Shown: one piece after another, positions 13,580 through 25,899 of the stretch | Numbering within the stretch: the stretch's first letter is position 1 | Layout of the letters: every line of letters starts with the position of its first letter | Assembly (NCBI GenBank): GCA_951406725.2 | Contig: OX597817.1 | Location: 153,512,001 to 153,576,000, forward strand | Length of the DNA stretch: 64,000 bases | Direction: 5' to 3' | Origin: Octopus vulgaris | Lineage: Eukaryota | The notes under the pieces: generated by a model | What the model was told of the DNA's origin: nothing | Seen by the model: the letters and a program-made list of their open reading frames with translations, nothing else | Database searches by the model: none | Made by a program: the position numbers and the translations under genes

Positions 13580-14322
13580 GTCTAAATTACGCAAAAATGA
13601 AAATAACACTGACATCTCATTTTAACAGATATATTTACCAAAATTACATAAAAATGCCTTGAAATACTAGAGAGTAAAAGTATTCAATAAAACCACTTCA
13701 ACCACGACCTCCAGACGACTTCGGAATCGCTTTCAACGCTTCTGGACGATCAAGGGGGTTGCAGTCTGGGGAGTTATGTGGTCAGGTGTCAGGGATGAAG
13801 TAGTCGCAGAAATTGTCTGATAATCATGACAGGGTACTCCTACTTGTGTGGCATGATGCTGAGACCTGTTGCCAGATATAGGATTTTCTAGCAGCCACTC
13901 TTTTGACCCAGGACTGCACTACCTCCTGCTGGTACTTGATGTAGGCTACCGTGTTGAGTCTGAAGCAGTGTGGGAAGATTAATAGAGGTATAACGTCGCC
14001 ATCACTAGTGATCACTCCAAACACCATGATGTTGATTGGATGTTTGATTTTTATTACTATGTTCTGGGGACAGGGCAGCTAACGGTTTTTCTGTGTGTTC
14101 ACCATTTGTTCGGATTGGAGCTTCCGGCATGAATGCGAAGCGGTACAGCATGACGTTTTCAAATTTCTAGCAGAGTGAATTGCGTCATGGTGCTGTTTTT
14201 TCTCACACACTCTGCCCAACTGACTGACCCTTGCATAATGTGCAGTTGACAAAATCAAAAACAGACAATGCGCGTGCGCGAAATTATAAATAGAAAATGG
14301 TGGCAATTTACCCATCGCACGC
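13580..14322 (-). mobile_element. Tc1/mariner-superfamily transposase remnant (maT/DD37D-like)
   Basis: Minus-strand MVFGVITSDG...YIWQQVSASCHTS...*PHNSPDCNPLD matches the QQDxAPxH and PxSPDxNPxD motifs, with stops and deletions. Confidence 0.85.
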
Positions 14323-14910
14323 TCAGTCGTCCCTCCCAGGACGGCTTCATTCTGTTGGCAAATAGTCTTTACTTTAAAAAACCGTTACCGAATATCTCTC
14401 TTTGAGAGATTTAGAAATAATAATGTTTCTATTTAGAGATTGTGTGTCACTTTGAAAACTACATATTTTCGAACGGAATTCAGTAACGCCACCTAGCCAA
14501 GCAGCCTCTCTCTATATTGATAAAGAGTAATAACCGAGAAACCGGTTCACAGATGTTGTTTTGTGCTGGATGGGGTGGGGTAGAGGTTGCACTCTCTGTT
14601 CGAAAGAATAAGGACACGAATATTTGTCGTATAGCCAGCTGGAAACGAAGTTTCCTGGGACTAAACAACAGTAACAATCGTCCCTTCCGGGACAGCCACA
14701 TTATTTGGTAGACAGAAACTGAAAGGAGCTCGTTATAGAGCAGCACGCGTGGATGCGTGGTAAGAAGCTTGATTCCCACCCACATGGTTCCGAGTTCAGT
14801 CCACTGCATGACATCTTGGTCAAGTGACTTCTACTATAGCCTTGGGGCAACCAAAGCCTTGTGAGTGGTGGATTCGGTAGACAGAAACAGAAAGAAGCCC
14901 GTAGTATGCC

Positions 14911-14993
<83 letters not shown>

Positions 14994-14997
<4 letters not shown>

Positions 14998-15479
14998 TAA
15001 TAGTTATCGCCATACTAATATGGCAGTCTTATAAATATAAGACTAAAGCTGTCGCTGATTATCTCCATGGGGCCATCGCCTTAAGCTAGCTATTTGACAC
15101 ACAAACTGCGTCCATTATAACCTTCGAACAAGGGAGGTCAGCCGCTTCATCCTGCCAGTCAGACAGCTACAGACGACGTTTCAGGGTTGTTGCCCCTTAT
15201 CAATGCAGCGTAGTCAGACTTGCAGTTGTCGCTACTGATCGTCCCAGTTCGAAGGCTTTAGTTACCTAGTTTCAGTGGAATACATCCACTTGTTTTCAAT
15301 AATAGAAATATTAAAATTACTAAGTCTCTCTAAAGGAGATTACGACAGCGTTACTGGAAATTAATAGTTATCGCCATACTAATATGGCAGTCTTATATTT
15401 ATAAGTATGGCGATAACTATTAATTTCCAGTGACGCTGTCGTAATCTCCTTTAGAGAGACTTAGTAATTTTAATATTTC

Positions 15480-15484
<5 letters not shown>
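14994..15484 (-). mobile_element. Non-autonomous Penelope-like element (direct plus inverted terminal repeats, hammerhead motif)
   Basis: Direct repeat aaattaatagttatcgccatactaatatggcagtcttata at 14994 and 15358. Near-perfect ~82 bp inverted repeat 15298-15380 / 15403-15484. Hammerhead-like motif at 15166-15209. Confidence 0.7.
15166..15209 (-). ncRNA. Type I hammerhead ribozyme-like motif, U3-A8 core
   Basis: gctgca-TTGATAA-gggg-caacaa-ccct-GAAAC-gtc-GTC-tgtagc, with a 6-bp stem I and a GUC site. Confidence 0.65.
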
Positions 15485-15548
<64 letters not shown>

Positions 15549-15799
15549 TGTATGTATGTTTATGTATGAGTCTTTGTGTCTGTGTTTGTCCACCCACCAT
15601 CTCTTGACAGTCGATGATGGTGTGTTTACGTTTCCGTAACTTAGCGGTTCGTCAAGAGAGATCGATGGAATAAGTACCAGGCTTACAACGAATAAGTCCT
15701 GGGGGTCGATTACTTCGACTAAAAGGCGGTGCTCCAGCATGGCCGCAGTCAAAATGACTTAAACATGTAAAAGAATAAAAGAATATGTGTATATATATA

Positions 15800-16124
15800 T
15801 GGCTCAGTGGTTAGAGCGTCGAGCTTACGATCGTGAGGTTGTGAGCTCGAATCCCGGACCGGGCTGCGTGTTGTGTTCTTGAGCAAGACACTTTATTTCA
15901 CGTTGCTCCAGTTCACTCAGCTGTAGAAATGAATTGCGACGTCACGAGTGCCAAGCTGTATCGGCCTTTGCCGTTCCCTTGGATAACACTGGTGGCGTGG
16001 AGAGGGGAGGCCGGTATGCATGGGCGACTGCTGGTCTTCCATAAACAACCATGCCCAGACTTGTGACTAGGAGGGTAACTTTCTAGGTGCAATCCCATGG
16101 TCAGTGTCGTGACCGAAGGGGGTC
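15800..16124 (+). mobile_element. tRNA-derived SINE family C (CORE-like domain)
   Basis: A box tggctcagtggttagagcg, B box gagctcgaatccc, then tgtgttcttgagcaagacactt. Confidence 0.88.
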
Positions 16125-16311
16125 CCGGATCCCGGATATATATAAGTAATGTTCGTACCCACTTCAACATGGCTGTCTGTTCGAAAGGACTTAACTGCGG
16201 GTCTTTAACACCCAAGAGGACATTTCCACTAGTTGGTTAACGATGTACAACTGCATGCGAGATATTGCGGGCAGGGGAGTGAATCCTCGCCACCTGGTAG
16301 CGGCGGCGGCA

Positions 16312-16361
16312 GCAGCAGACTAGCCTGGTTTCGGGTTATTTCTGCCTCTCTTCAGTACTGC
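16312..16361 (-). ncRNA. Type I hammerhead ribozyme-like motif, canonical core
   Basis: gcagta-CTGAAGA-gagg-cagaaataa-ccc-GAAAC-caggcta-GTC-tgctgc, with a 6-bp stem I and intact CUGANGA, GAAA and GUC. Confidence 0.75.
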
Positions 16362-16389
16362 GTTGATCTTTTAGAACTAGCATTTTTTG

Positions 16390-16433
<44 letters not shown>

Positions 16434-16486
16434 TGCTGTAGACGACAAACAGATTCATTAGTTTAACGCTCGGGAAGTGAAAAAGT

Positions 16487-16522
16487 CTTTAACGTTTCGA
16501 GCCTACGCTCTTCCACAGAAAG
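16487..16522 (-). ncRNA. Minimal hammerhead-like motif, A6U core (paralog at 13262-13297)
   Basis: cttt-CTGTGGA-a-gagc-gtag-gctc-GAAACGT-T-aaag, with a palindromic ACGT stem III. Confidence 0.65.
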
Positions 16523-16655
16523 GAAGACAGAAAGGAACAAAGAGAGAAAATAAAGAATGTGTAGTGGCTAGCGATTTATTATGGCGAATGAGACATATAA
16601 ATATATATATATAAAGGCATGCACACAGACACACAAACACACACACACACACACT

Positions 16656-16753
<98 letters not shown>

Positions 16754-16820
16754 TGTGTGTGTGTGTGTGTGTGTGCTTTTGTTTTGGGATATGTTTATCC
16801 GTCACCACCGCTGGATAACC

Positions 16821-17050
16821 TATTTCTTTATTACCCACAAGGGGCTAAACACAGAGGGAACAAATAAGGACAGACATAGGTATTAAGTCGATTACATCAA
16901 CCCCAGTTCGTAACTGGTACTTAATTTATCGACCCCGAAAGGATGAAAGGCAAAGTCGACCTCGGCGGAATTTGAACTCACAACGTAACGCAGACAAAAT
17001 ACCGCTAAGCATTTCGCCCGGCGTGCTAACGTTTCTGCCAGCTCGCCGCC
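16821..17050 (-). mobile_element. SINE family B with 17-bp TSD, nested in a family-A SINE
   Basis: TSD accaccgctggataacc at 16804-16820 and 17062-17078. Confidence 0.92.
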
Positions 17051-17275
17051 TTCACTGACATACCACCGCTGGATAACCGGTGATTGTTTGTTTACGATCC
17101 TGTAACCTAGCGGTTCAGCAAGAGAGACCCATAGAATAAGCACTGGGCACGATTTATTCAAGATAAAAGATTGACGGTGGAGAGGAAGCCAGTGATTGGT
17201 GTGCACCAATGTTACATAGATGCGGAACTGTAGTTGGCCCGTATTAGCGTTGGGTACGTAACGCTGTGTGCGTAT

Positions 17276-18138
17276 CTCTTTTACTCTTTTACTTGTTTCA
17301 GTCATTTGACTGCGGCCATGCTGGAGCACCGCCTTTAGTCGAGCAAATCGACCCCGGGACTTATTCTTTGTAAGCCCAGTACTTATTCTATCGGTCTTTT
17401 TGCCGAACCGCTAAGTGACAGGGACGTAAACACACCAGCATCGGTTGTCAAGCAATGCTAGGGGGACAAACACAGACACACAAACACACACATACATATA
17501 TATATACATATATACGACAGGCTTCTTTCAGTTTCCGTCTACCAAATCCACTCACAAGGCTTTGGTCAACCCGGGACTATAGCAGAAGACACTTACCCAA
17601 GATGCCACGCAGTGGGACTGAACCCGGAACTATGTGGTTGGTTAGCAAGCTACTTACCACACAGCCACTCCTGCGCCTATAGTGAGTGTGTGTACATGTG
17701 TTTGTGTGTGTGCGTATTTTGAATGTGTGTATATATATATATATATATACTCTTTACTCTACTCTCTTTTACTTGTTTCAGTCATTTGATTCCGGCCATG
17801 TTGGTGCACCGCCTTTAGTCGAGTAAATAGCCCCCGGGACTGATTCTTTGTAAGCCCAGTACTTATTCTATCGGTGTCTTTTGCCGAACCGCTAAGTTAC
17901 AGTTACGGGGACCAGCATAAGTTGTCAAGCAATGCTAGGGGGACAAACACAGTCACACAAACATACACACACACATATATATATACATATATACGACAGG
18001 CTTCTTTCAGTTTCCATTCTACCAAATCCACTCACAAGGCATAGCAGAAGACACTTGCCCAAGATGCCACGCAGTGGATTGAACCCGGAACCATGTGGTT
18101 GGTAAACAAGCTACTTACCACACAGCCACTCCTGCGCC
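17276..18138 (-). mobile_element. Two consecutive family-A SINEs (17276-17677, 17750-18138)
   Basis: Both end in cacagccactcctgcgcc on the + strand and begin with a (ctcttttact)n tail. Confidence 0.9.
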
Positions 18139-18248
<110 letters not shown>

Positions 18249-18580
18249 TGTGTTTGGTTTGTTAAGAGGCTAAGGGAGTATCAGCTATAAATGTGTGGTA
18301 GATAGGAATTGATGTGACAGTATATAACGTAACACGGGTTTCTAACATAGCTAGTTATAACAGACATGTGCGTCTGCTTATGCTTGCGTGTGAGTTCGCG
18401 CGTGCTAGCGCATGCGTGCGTGTGTTTCCACCAATGACAGTGTGCCATCATTTGATGATAATGTTTACCTGCGAAAAATATCCTGCCTACAGAGGGTGCA
18501 AATGTTGAGAAACACCAACGTAATGCAAATGAAAGCATAAAATTCCTCCTCTTCTACATCTATCCCATCACAGTCTCATT

Positions 18581-18612
<32 letters not shown>

Positions 18613-19087
18613 TTCTGATGTGTGTGCCTGTGTATGTGTGTGTGTATGTATCTTCATGTATGTGTTCAAGTGTGTGTGTGAATATGCTTGTATTATGTAT
18701 ATGGCTGTGAGTGTCCCTTCTATATGTATATTAAATTTGGCCAGAATCGTAAAATGAAATAAAAACAGTACGTATTTATGTTTGAAAATATATTCACACA
18801 ACTGCGCAAGCACACACAGACACATATGCATACATGCGTGGATATGCGCGTTTATATGTTGATATATACGTATAGTGTACGAATACACACAGACACACAC
18901 ACACACACGCACACATACGCACACACATTACGTATAATCAATACGTAATATGTATGTCTCCACAAAAATTGGTTCTGCATCCAGTTAAACAAACACATAT
19001 TCTCACTCACCACTCTCGTATACATACACACACACACTCACACACACATATATATATATACAGATACACACATACACACATATATTA

Positions 19088-19124
<37 letters not shown>

Positions 19125-19211
19125 CCCTCTCACTTTGTCTTTATGTATCTTTCTCTCTCTTTGATACCCTCTTTCATTATCCATCTATCTATCTATCTAT
19201 CTATCTATCTA

Positions 19212-19309
<98 letters not shown>

Positions 19310-19579
19310 TTCATTTTCTCTCTCTGTCTTTTACTATGTCTTTCTCTGTGTCTTTCTGTGTATCTCTGTCTTTGTCTTTGTCTGTCTGTCTCTCACACTG
19401 CCCCCTCTCTCTAGCTATCTCCTTCCCTTTCTCTTTCACACGCACGCGCACATTCACACACACGAACGCGCGCGCGCAAATATACAAGCACGCTACGTCA
19501 TAGAATCACGCACAGAGGTTCAGCCACAATCTTTACACAAAAATCTCTCACGCAACATGTATATATCTTTCAGTCTGCG

Positions 19580-19616
19580 ATAGTTGTTGCTGCGACTGCA
19601 CTACAAGCCGCAACAG

Positions 19617-19648
<32 letters not shown>

Positions 19649-19940
19649 ACATAAGCAGCAGTGCTGTCACTAATGTTTGTACGTGCATTGGTGCTGTTAT
19701 TTGCACATTCGTTTAGTCACCATTGCAATATCTTTGACCGGCAGAAAACAAACATGGCCGACACGAACACCGCAATGCGACGTTTTCTGAAAGGTTGTTG
19801 TCGTTTGACGTCACCACACATGGCATTGAAAAGTGCGACAATTTAATATATAAGCGAGCACTAGTGACAACATACTAATGTAGGCACCTGAAGACTCAAG
19901 CGCACAAACATGCGCAGTCACTCCAATCCAATCAAATATA
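19580..19940 (-). promoter_or_regulatory. Candidate Pol II promoter / 5'UTR
   Basis: Non-repeat, CpG-containing island with tandem CCAAT (19923, 19928), an NRF1-like half site catgcgca (19909), a TATA-like stretch (~19845), a CRE palindrome TGACGTCA (19806), a YY1-like aacatggccg (19751) and a (CAG)n tract. Confidence 0.4.
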
Positions 19941-19956
19941 TGTATACGTATGTATT

Positions 19957-19988
<32 letters not shown>

Positions 19989-20468
19989 TGTATGTATGTA
20001 TGTATATATATATACACACACATATATATATATATACACATATATATTTATATATATATATATATGTATAAATATATGTGCATATATATACATATATACA
20101 CACACACACATATATATAGACATGTATATATATACATATATATATTTACATATATATATATACATATATATGCATATATATATACATATATATACATATA
20201 TATATAAATACATATATATATATATATGTATAAATATATGTGTATACATATATACATATACATATATAAATATATATATACATATATTTATATGCATATA
20301 TGCACATACATATGCACATACATATGCACATACATAAATATACTTACATATTGAAACGCACGCACAAACCTATATACATACACGTATGTATATGTATAAG
20401 TATACATATATACTAATATACAGATATGTATATATATACATACGTATATATGCGCATATTTGCATACA

Positions 20469-20554
<86 letters not shown>

Positions 20555-20671
20555 CATATATATACAATATCCATATGCATATTTATAGGGAAAATTTAAT
20601 CGTCACTAACTGTGACTGAGGGTGCTACACGTATATTGCAAGAAATAAGTGTTAAAGCTCTTCTATATGTT

Positions 20672-20742
<71 letters not shown>

Positions 20743-20853
20743 GCACATTTACACACACGCTCGTACGTACCTCTATGTGCGTAAAGGTTTGAGTATTTGA
20801 GTGTGTGAATGAGTATTTCCGATATACATATACGTTTGCCAATGTATATATAG

Positions 20854-20885
<32 letters not shown>

Positions 20886-21279
20886 ATATATATACTATAG
20901 ATGTGTGTATGTGTATGATAATGCTTATCATATTGTGATAACACAAGAGAACTCACTCCTGCTGTAGAGTGGTAGTATGCGCTATAAACAAAGTAACTAA
21001 GTCAGTTGATCGTCCATTATTGAACTGTTTCACCAGTAGAATGTTCGAACGGTAAACGTGGGTCTCTTTAAGTGCGGATACTTGGTGATATGAACAGAAG
21101 CTTGCAAGGGATATAACTTCTAGATTTTCTAGCGAGGTAGCTTATCTTGTGCGTGGCATATGATTTATATATAAGGATGCTAGTGTGCAAGGGAGATAAA
21201 TTCTTCTTAAAGATGCAATTTATGTAAAAAAAAATTAGGTGCCTGGAAGAATAATTTTTTTCTTTTGTTCTGGTCATTT

Positions 21280-21648
21280 TACTTCGGCCATGCTAGAGCA
21301 CCACCTTTAGCCGAACAAATCAACCCCAGAACTTATTCTTTGTAAGCTTAGTACTTATTCTATCGACCTCTTTTGCCGAACCGCTAAGTTACGGGGACAT
21401 AAACACACAAACACCGGTTGTCAAACGATGGTGAGGGAACAAACAGACACACAAACATATGCACATACACGTATATACACACATATATATACAATAGACT
21501 TCTTTCAGTTTCCGTGTACCAAATCCATTCACAAGGCTTCGGTCGGCCCGAAGCTATAGTAGAAAACACTTGCCCAAGGTGCCATGCAGTGAACCCGGGA
21601 CCATGTGGTTGGTAAGCAAGCTACTTACCACACAGCCACGCCTGCGCC
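21280..21648 (-). mobile_element. SINE family A
   Basis: Same head and tail motifs as 2086-2496. Confidence 0.88.
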
Positions 21649-21959
21649 TGTAAATTATTAAAAAAAATTAAAATGGTTGAGTGCGATTCTTTGAAATCGT
21701 GACACTATATTATATCAAAGGAATACAACTTGATAATATTTAGTGAGTGAAATAAAGCAAAGCAATCAAAATGTAATATCAGTTAAAAATTTAAGAAAAC
21801 AAATATTTAAGTACAAAAATAATTAAATTGGAATTGTTTTTAGTATGCTGAAAACATTAGTCTAAATCTCTGAGGAAGGAATGTATATAACGACTAGTAG
21901 GGAGAATCTGTGGGGTGCTAGATCTTCGAGAAAATACCAGCAAAATACCTGGAAGTTCC

Positions 21960-22450
21960 AAAGTAGTCTTTAGTGGGTTTTGTAGGTCGTGATGTACTAA
22001 ACTCATTCGCAGTGCTTAAAGGACATAATTTTGTTCCACTGATATGTAGCTGGCATTTTCTTTTATTCTCGTTTTAACTGGAAGTTGTTCTCGAGTTTCT
22101 TGATGTTTTTTCGGTGGAACCGTAACTGTCTTTTCGTTCTGTGTCTAAAGAAAACAGTATGATACGCATATACTATGTTCGAATTGCCTTCGGTCATTTC
22201 CATGTTATATTACTTATGGCCCTTGTTTCTTTCTTTTAGAAGTTCACTTTCGCTTTGTGTTTCGTTCTTTTCGAAGCTCACTTTCGCTTTGTATACTATT
22301 CCTCTTATCTTGCAAGTGTAATTACGTCGGCATATATCATTAGTTATCAAAAGTGCACCTATTAATCTTAGATCAATAGGTTTGCTGGCTAAAATATTTT
22401 TAATGTTCAGAGTATAAGTGTAATTTTCAAACAGTTTCTGTTGAAAATGG
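21960..22450 (-). pseudogene. Decayed Penelope-like GIY-YIG endonuclease fragment
   Basis: Hand translation with frameshifts gives YTYTLNIKNIL...CRRNYTCKIRGIVYKAKV...MTEGNSNIVYAYHTVFFRH...SGTKLCPL. Motif order matches the 45750-46166 remnant. Confidence 0.6.
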
Positions 22451-22527
22451 TTTTACTACCGGAATTAATTGGAAACTGAGACATACATACATACATACAT
22501 ACATACATACATACATACATACATACA

Positions 22528-22632
<105 letters not shown>

Positions 22633-22746
22633 AAATAGTAAAAAGTGAAAAAACTACAGGAGGTTTGTTTTAAAAGGTTAAAAGATATATATTTGAGTCA
22701 TTATGTCAGAAGAATGTTATAAAATGTTTTGACATAGTTTTTGAAA

Positions 22747-22780
22747 AAATGACCGGTTTCGCGTTCAGCTTTTCAAATTT
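22747..22780 (-). ncRNA. Minimal hammerhead-like motif, U3-A8 core
   Basis: aaat-TTGAAAA-gc-tgaac-gc-GAAACCGGT-C-attt, with a palindromic ACCGGT stem III and a GUC site. Confidence 0.6.
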
Positions 22781-23023
22781 CTTACATCGTTATGTTTTCG
22801 TTGAGAAGTGTAAAGAGGAGTTCCAGGTAAGGGGAGGTAATAAGTGATTTCTTCCGGTGTAAGGGAGATAATCGCTTAATATTTCTTGCCTTTTTTTGGG
22901 GGGGGGGGAGTTTCTCTGTATAAGAATGTTGGAATATATATATATATATATATAAATATATATATATAATAAATTATGAAGGTGGCTATTCGCAATTTAC
23001 AACAGAAAGATACAAGTATAATC

Positions 23024-23228
23024 GTCACTAAAGTGAATGTGAGTGCACTGAATATCAGCATTGCTAGAAATAAGAGTCAAAACAACTCTTAACCACGGGA
23101 GAGAACTTTTCTAACGATTGTCTCACTTGTCAGTCGTTAGAAAAGTTCTCTCACGGGGCTAAGAGTTGCTTTGACTCTTATTTCTATCAATACTGGTGCT
23201 GACTAGCACTCTCAGGAACTTTAGTGAT
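23024..23228. repeat. Long imperfect hairpin (~97 bp arms, 10-nt loop)
   Basis: gagagaacttttctaacgattg-tctcacttgt-cagtcgttagaaaagttctctc, extending out to gtcactaaagt / actttagtgat. Confidence 0.9.
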
Positions 23229-23235
23229 ACTCACA

Positions 23236-23833
23236 AGGTGGTCGGCTGGTAGAAACGTTAACACGCTGAGCTAAATGCTTAGTGGTATTTCATCTGCCGC
23301 TACGTTCTGAGTTCAAATTCCGCCGAGGTTGACTTTGCCTTTCATCCTTTCGGGGTCGATATAATCGACTTAATCCGTTTGTCTTTCTTTGTTTGTCTCC
23401 TTTGTGTGTAGCCCCTTGTGAGCAGTAAAGAAATAAGAAACGGTAACACACCCGGCGAAATGCTTATCCGTATTTCGTCTGCCGTTACGTTCTGAGTTCA
23501 AATTCCGCCGAGGTTGAATTTGCCTTTCATCATTTCGGGGTCGATTGAATGAGTACCAGTTACGCACTGGGGTCGATGTAATCGACTTAATCCGTTTGTC
23601 TGTCCTTGTTTGACCTCTCTGTGTGTAGCCCCTTGTGGGTAGTAAAGAAATAGGTATTTCGTCTGCCGCTACGTTCTGAGTTCAAATTCCGCCAAGAACG
23701 ACTTTGCTTTTCATCGTTTCGGGGTCGATTAGATATGTACCAGTTACGCACTGGGGTTGATGTAATCGACTTAACCCCTTTGCCTGTCCTTGTTTGTCCC
23801 CTTTATGTTTAGCCCCTTGTGGGCAATAAAGAA
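23236..23833 (+). mobile_element. SINE family B head-to-tail trimer
   Basis: Three iterations of acgttctgagttcaaattccgcc...agccccttgtg. Confidence 0.9.
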
Positions 23834-24084
23834 ATATATACTGACACTCACACACACATATGTATGTGTTTAAATAAATATATACATACATACACATATA
23901 AATACATATATACATATACATACATGCACACGTACATACATATGCACACATTCATACATACACACATATGTTATACCTCTTTAGACGACCAAAGTTGTGA
24001 TGTCTCTTTGGTGCAGTTTACAGCGGATATGGCATTCCAATCCTGCAAGAGTTTTTACATCTTTCTTTCTCTTTCTCTCTTTCC

Positions 24085-24127
<43 letters not shown>

Positions 24128-24244
24128 CTCTTTCTCTCTCTATCGCTATATATATTGCTGTATTTTGGGAGATTCGTCTTCTCTATTAGACGCACATAAT
24201 ATTTGCAGCTCACTTCTTCATTAATATTGATCCGGCAGTTTTTT

Positions 24245-24486
24245 CCTTACTCTTAACTCTTTTACTCTTTCACTTGTTTCAGTCATTTGACTGTGGCCAT
24301 GCTGGAGCACTGCCTTTAGTCGAGTACATCGACCCCAGGACTTATTCTTTGAAAGCCTAGTACTTATTCTATAGGTCTCTTTTGCCGAACCGCTAAGTTA
24401 CGGGGACGTAAACACACCACAGTCGGTTGTCAAGCGATGTTGGGGGGGTCAAACACAGACACACAAACAAACACACACACATACAC

Positions 24487-24522
<36 letters not shown>

Positions 24523-24718
24523 ATATATATATATATATATATATATACATTTATACGACGGGTTTCTTTCGGTTTCCGTCTACCAAATCCACTCACAAGG
24601 CTTTATTCGGCCCGAGGCTATAGTAGAAGACACTTGCCCAAGGTGCCATGCAGTGAGACTGAACCCGGAACCATGTAGTTGGTAAGCAAGCTACTTGTCA
24701 CACAGCCACTCCTACGCC
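24245..24718 (-). mobile_element. SINE family A
   Basis: Full head-to-tail family-A motifs. Confidence 0.9.
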
Positions 24719-25402
24719 TGTTACCATCTAAATAGTGCCTTCCGTATTTTTGTAGCGTTGGATATATAATACCGGTGGTGAGTTTCAATGTTTTTATATG
24801 CACTTCTATAACTATAAGTATTTATGTAAAGTGTTCTCCTAGGCTCAAATCAGAGATTATAAAGAAGTCAATTATACATTCGAAACAGTTGTTATGAGAA
24901 CTGAATACGCCGAATGGTTCACAAAAAATTCTGGATTCGTTTAGAGAAGAAAAATATGTATATATAAGTTTACTAATACAAGATAAGAAAATGGAGAAAT
25001 ACATCTAAATCAAATACTCCATTTTCTTAATCATTTTCCCTTTGCCCATATAATACAGTAAATGAATTGATTGCATCGCAATCATTAACATTTATGTATT
25101 AACTTTGTTGGGTACTTCACTAGCAGTATATTAGATATATGTTATCCCATGGAGGGTTGCATTTACAACCCCTATCTCAATTTGTATATATAAGTTTACA
25201 TATTTGTTTTGCAAGATTACTGATGTGAAAACAATGCCTGTTTTTAAACGGGCAATATTATATTTGGTGATTGTCATATACTGCCAATTAAATACATGCA
25301 CTGTATATTTGGTCTTGTATCGAACCGATTTCTGTTGATACTAACCCTTACTATTCTCTGAGAAATTCTACCAGTTGTATTCTGGAAACATATTTTACAC
25401 TA

Positions 25403-25899
25403 CATCGATCTCTCGCTACTTCGCGGTTCAACTATCGCGGATTCATGACTTTGCGAATTTTAAAAATATATATATATGAACGCCTTAACTTTTTCATTAA
25501 ATCCATTAAAATATTAATAATAAATATTGTTTCCTATTCTAGGAACAACAAACAAGCCTAAAATAGCAAAAAAGCATATACATGGGTATTTGAACTTAAG
25601 ACGGGCTGTGATTGATGCAATGGAGAGAGACGACGAACCGCAGCTTTCTATTTTGTAATCTGGCCTGAGTAACAGTAACAATCTTTATTTTTTTAAATCT
25701 AAAATGTTATTGCTTAACAGTTGTCCTTGTTATTAATAGCCTACTTGTAATGGGTAGGTTGTTAACATTACAGGGAGGGTTTTAAAAGTTCAAATACACG
25801 TTAAATAAATACTGTGAATATGGTGTCTCTACTTCGCAGAAATTCAGTTATCGCGGCCGGTCTCGGAACCAATCTACCGCGATAAACGAGGGATCACTG
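25403..25899. mobile_element. pogo/Tigger-like MITE
   Basis: TA-catcgatctctcg...cgagggatcactg-TA termini, with subterminal tacttcgcgg / tatcgcgg repeats. Confidence 0.75.

Larger units (their letters stand above)
14745..15783 (+). mobile_element. SINE family A split by a nested insertion
   Basis: Head at 14745-14905 and tail at 15570-15783, separated by (TA)n and the 14994-15484 element. Confidence 0.8.

Noticed and set aside
15800-15875. Possible tRNA gene
   Set aside because: A and B boxes are present, but there is no acceptor stem and the sequence continues into a SINE body.
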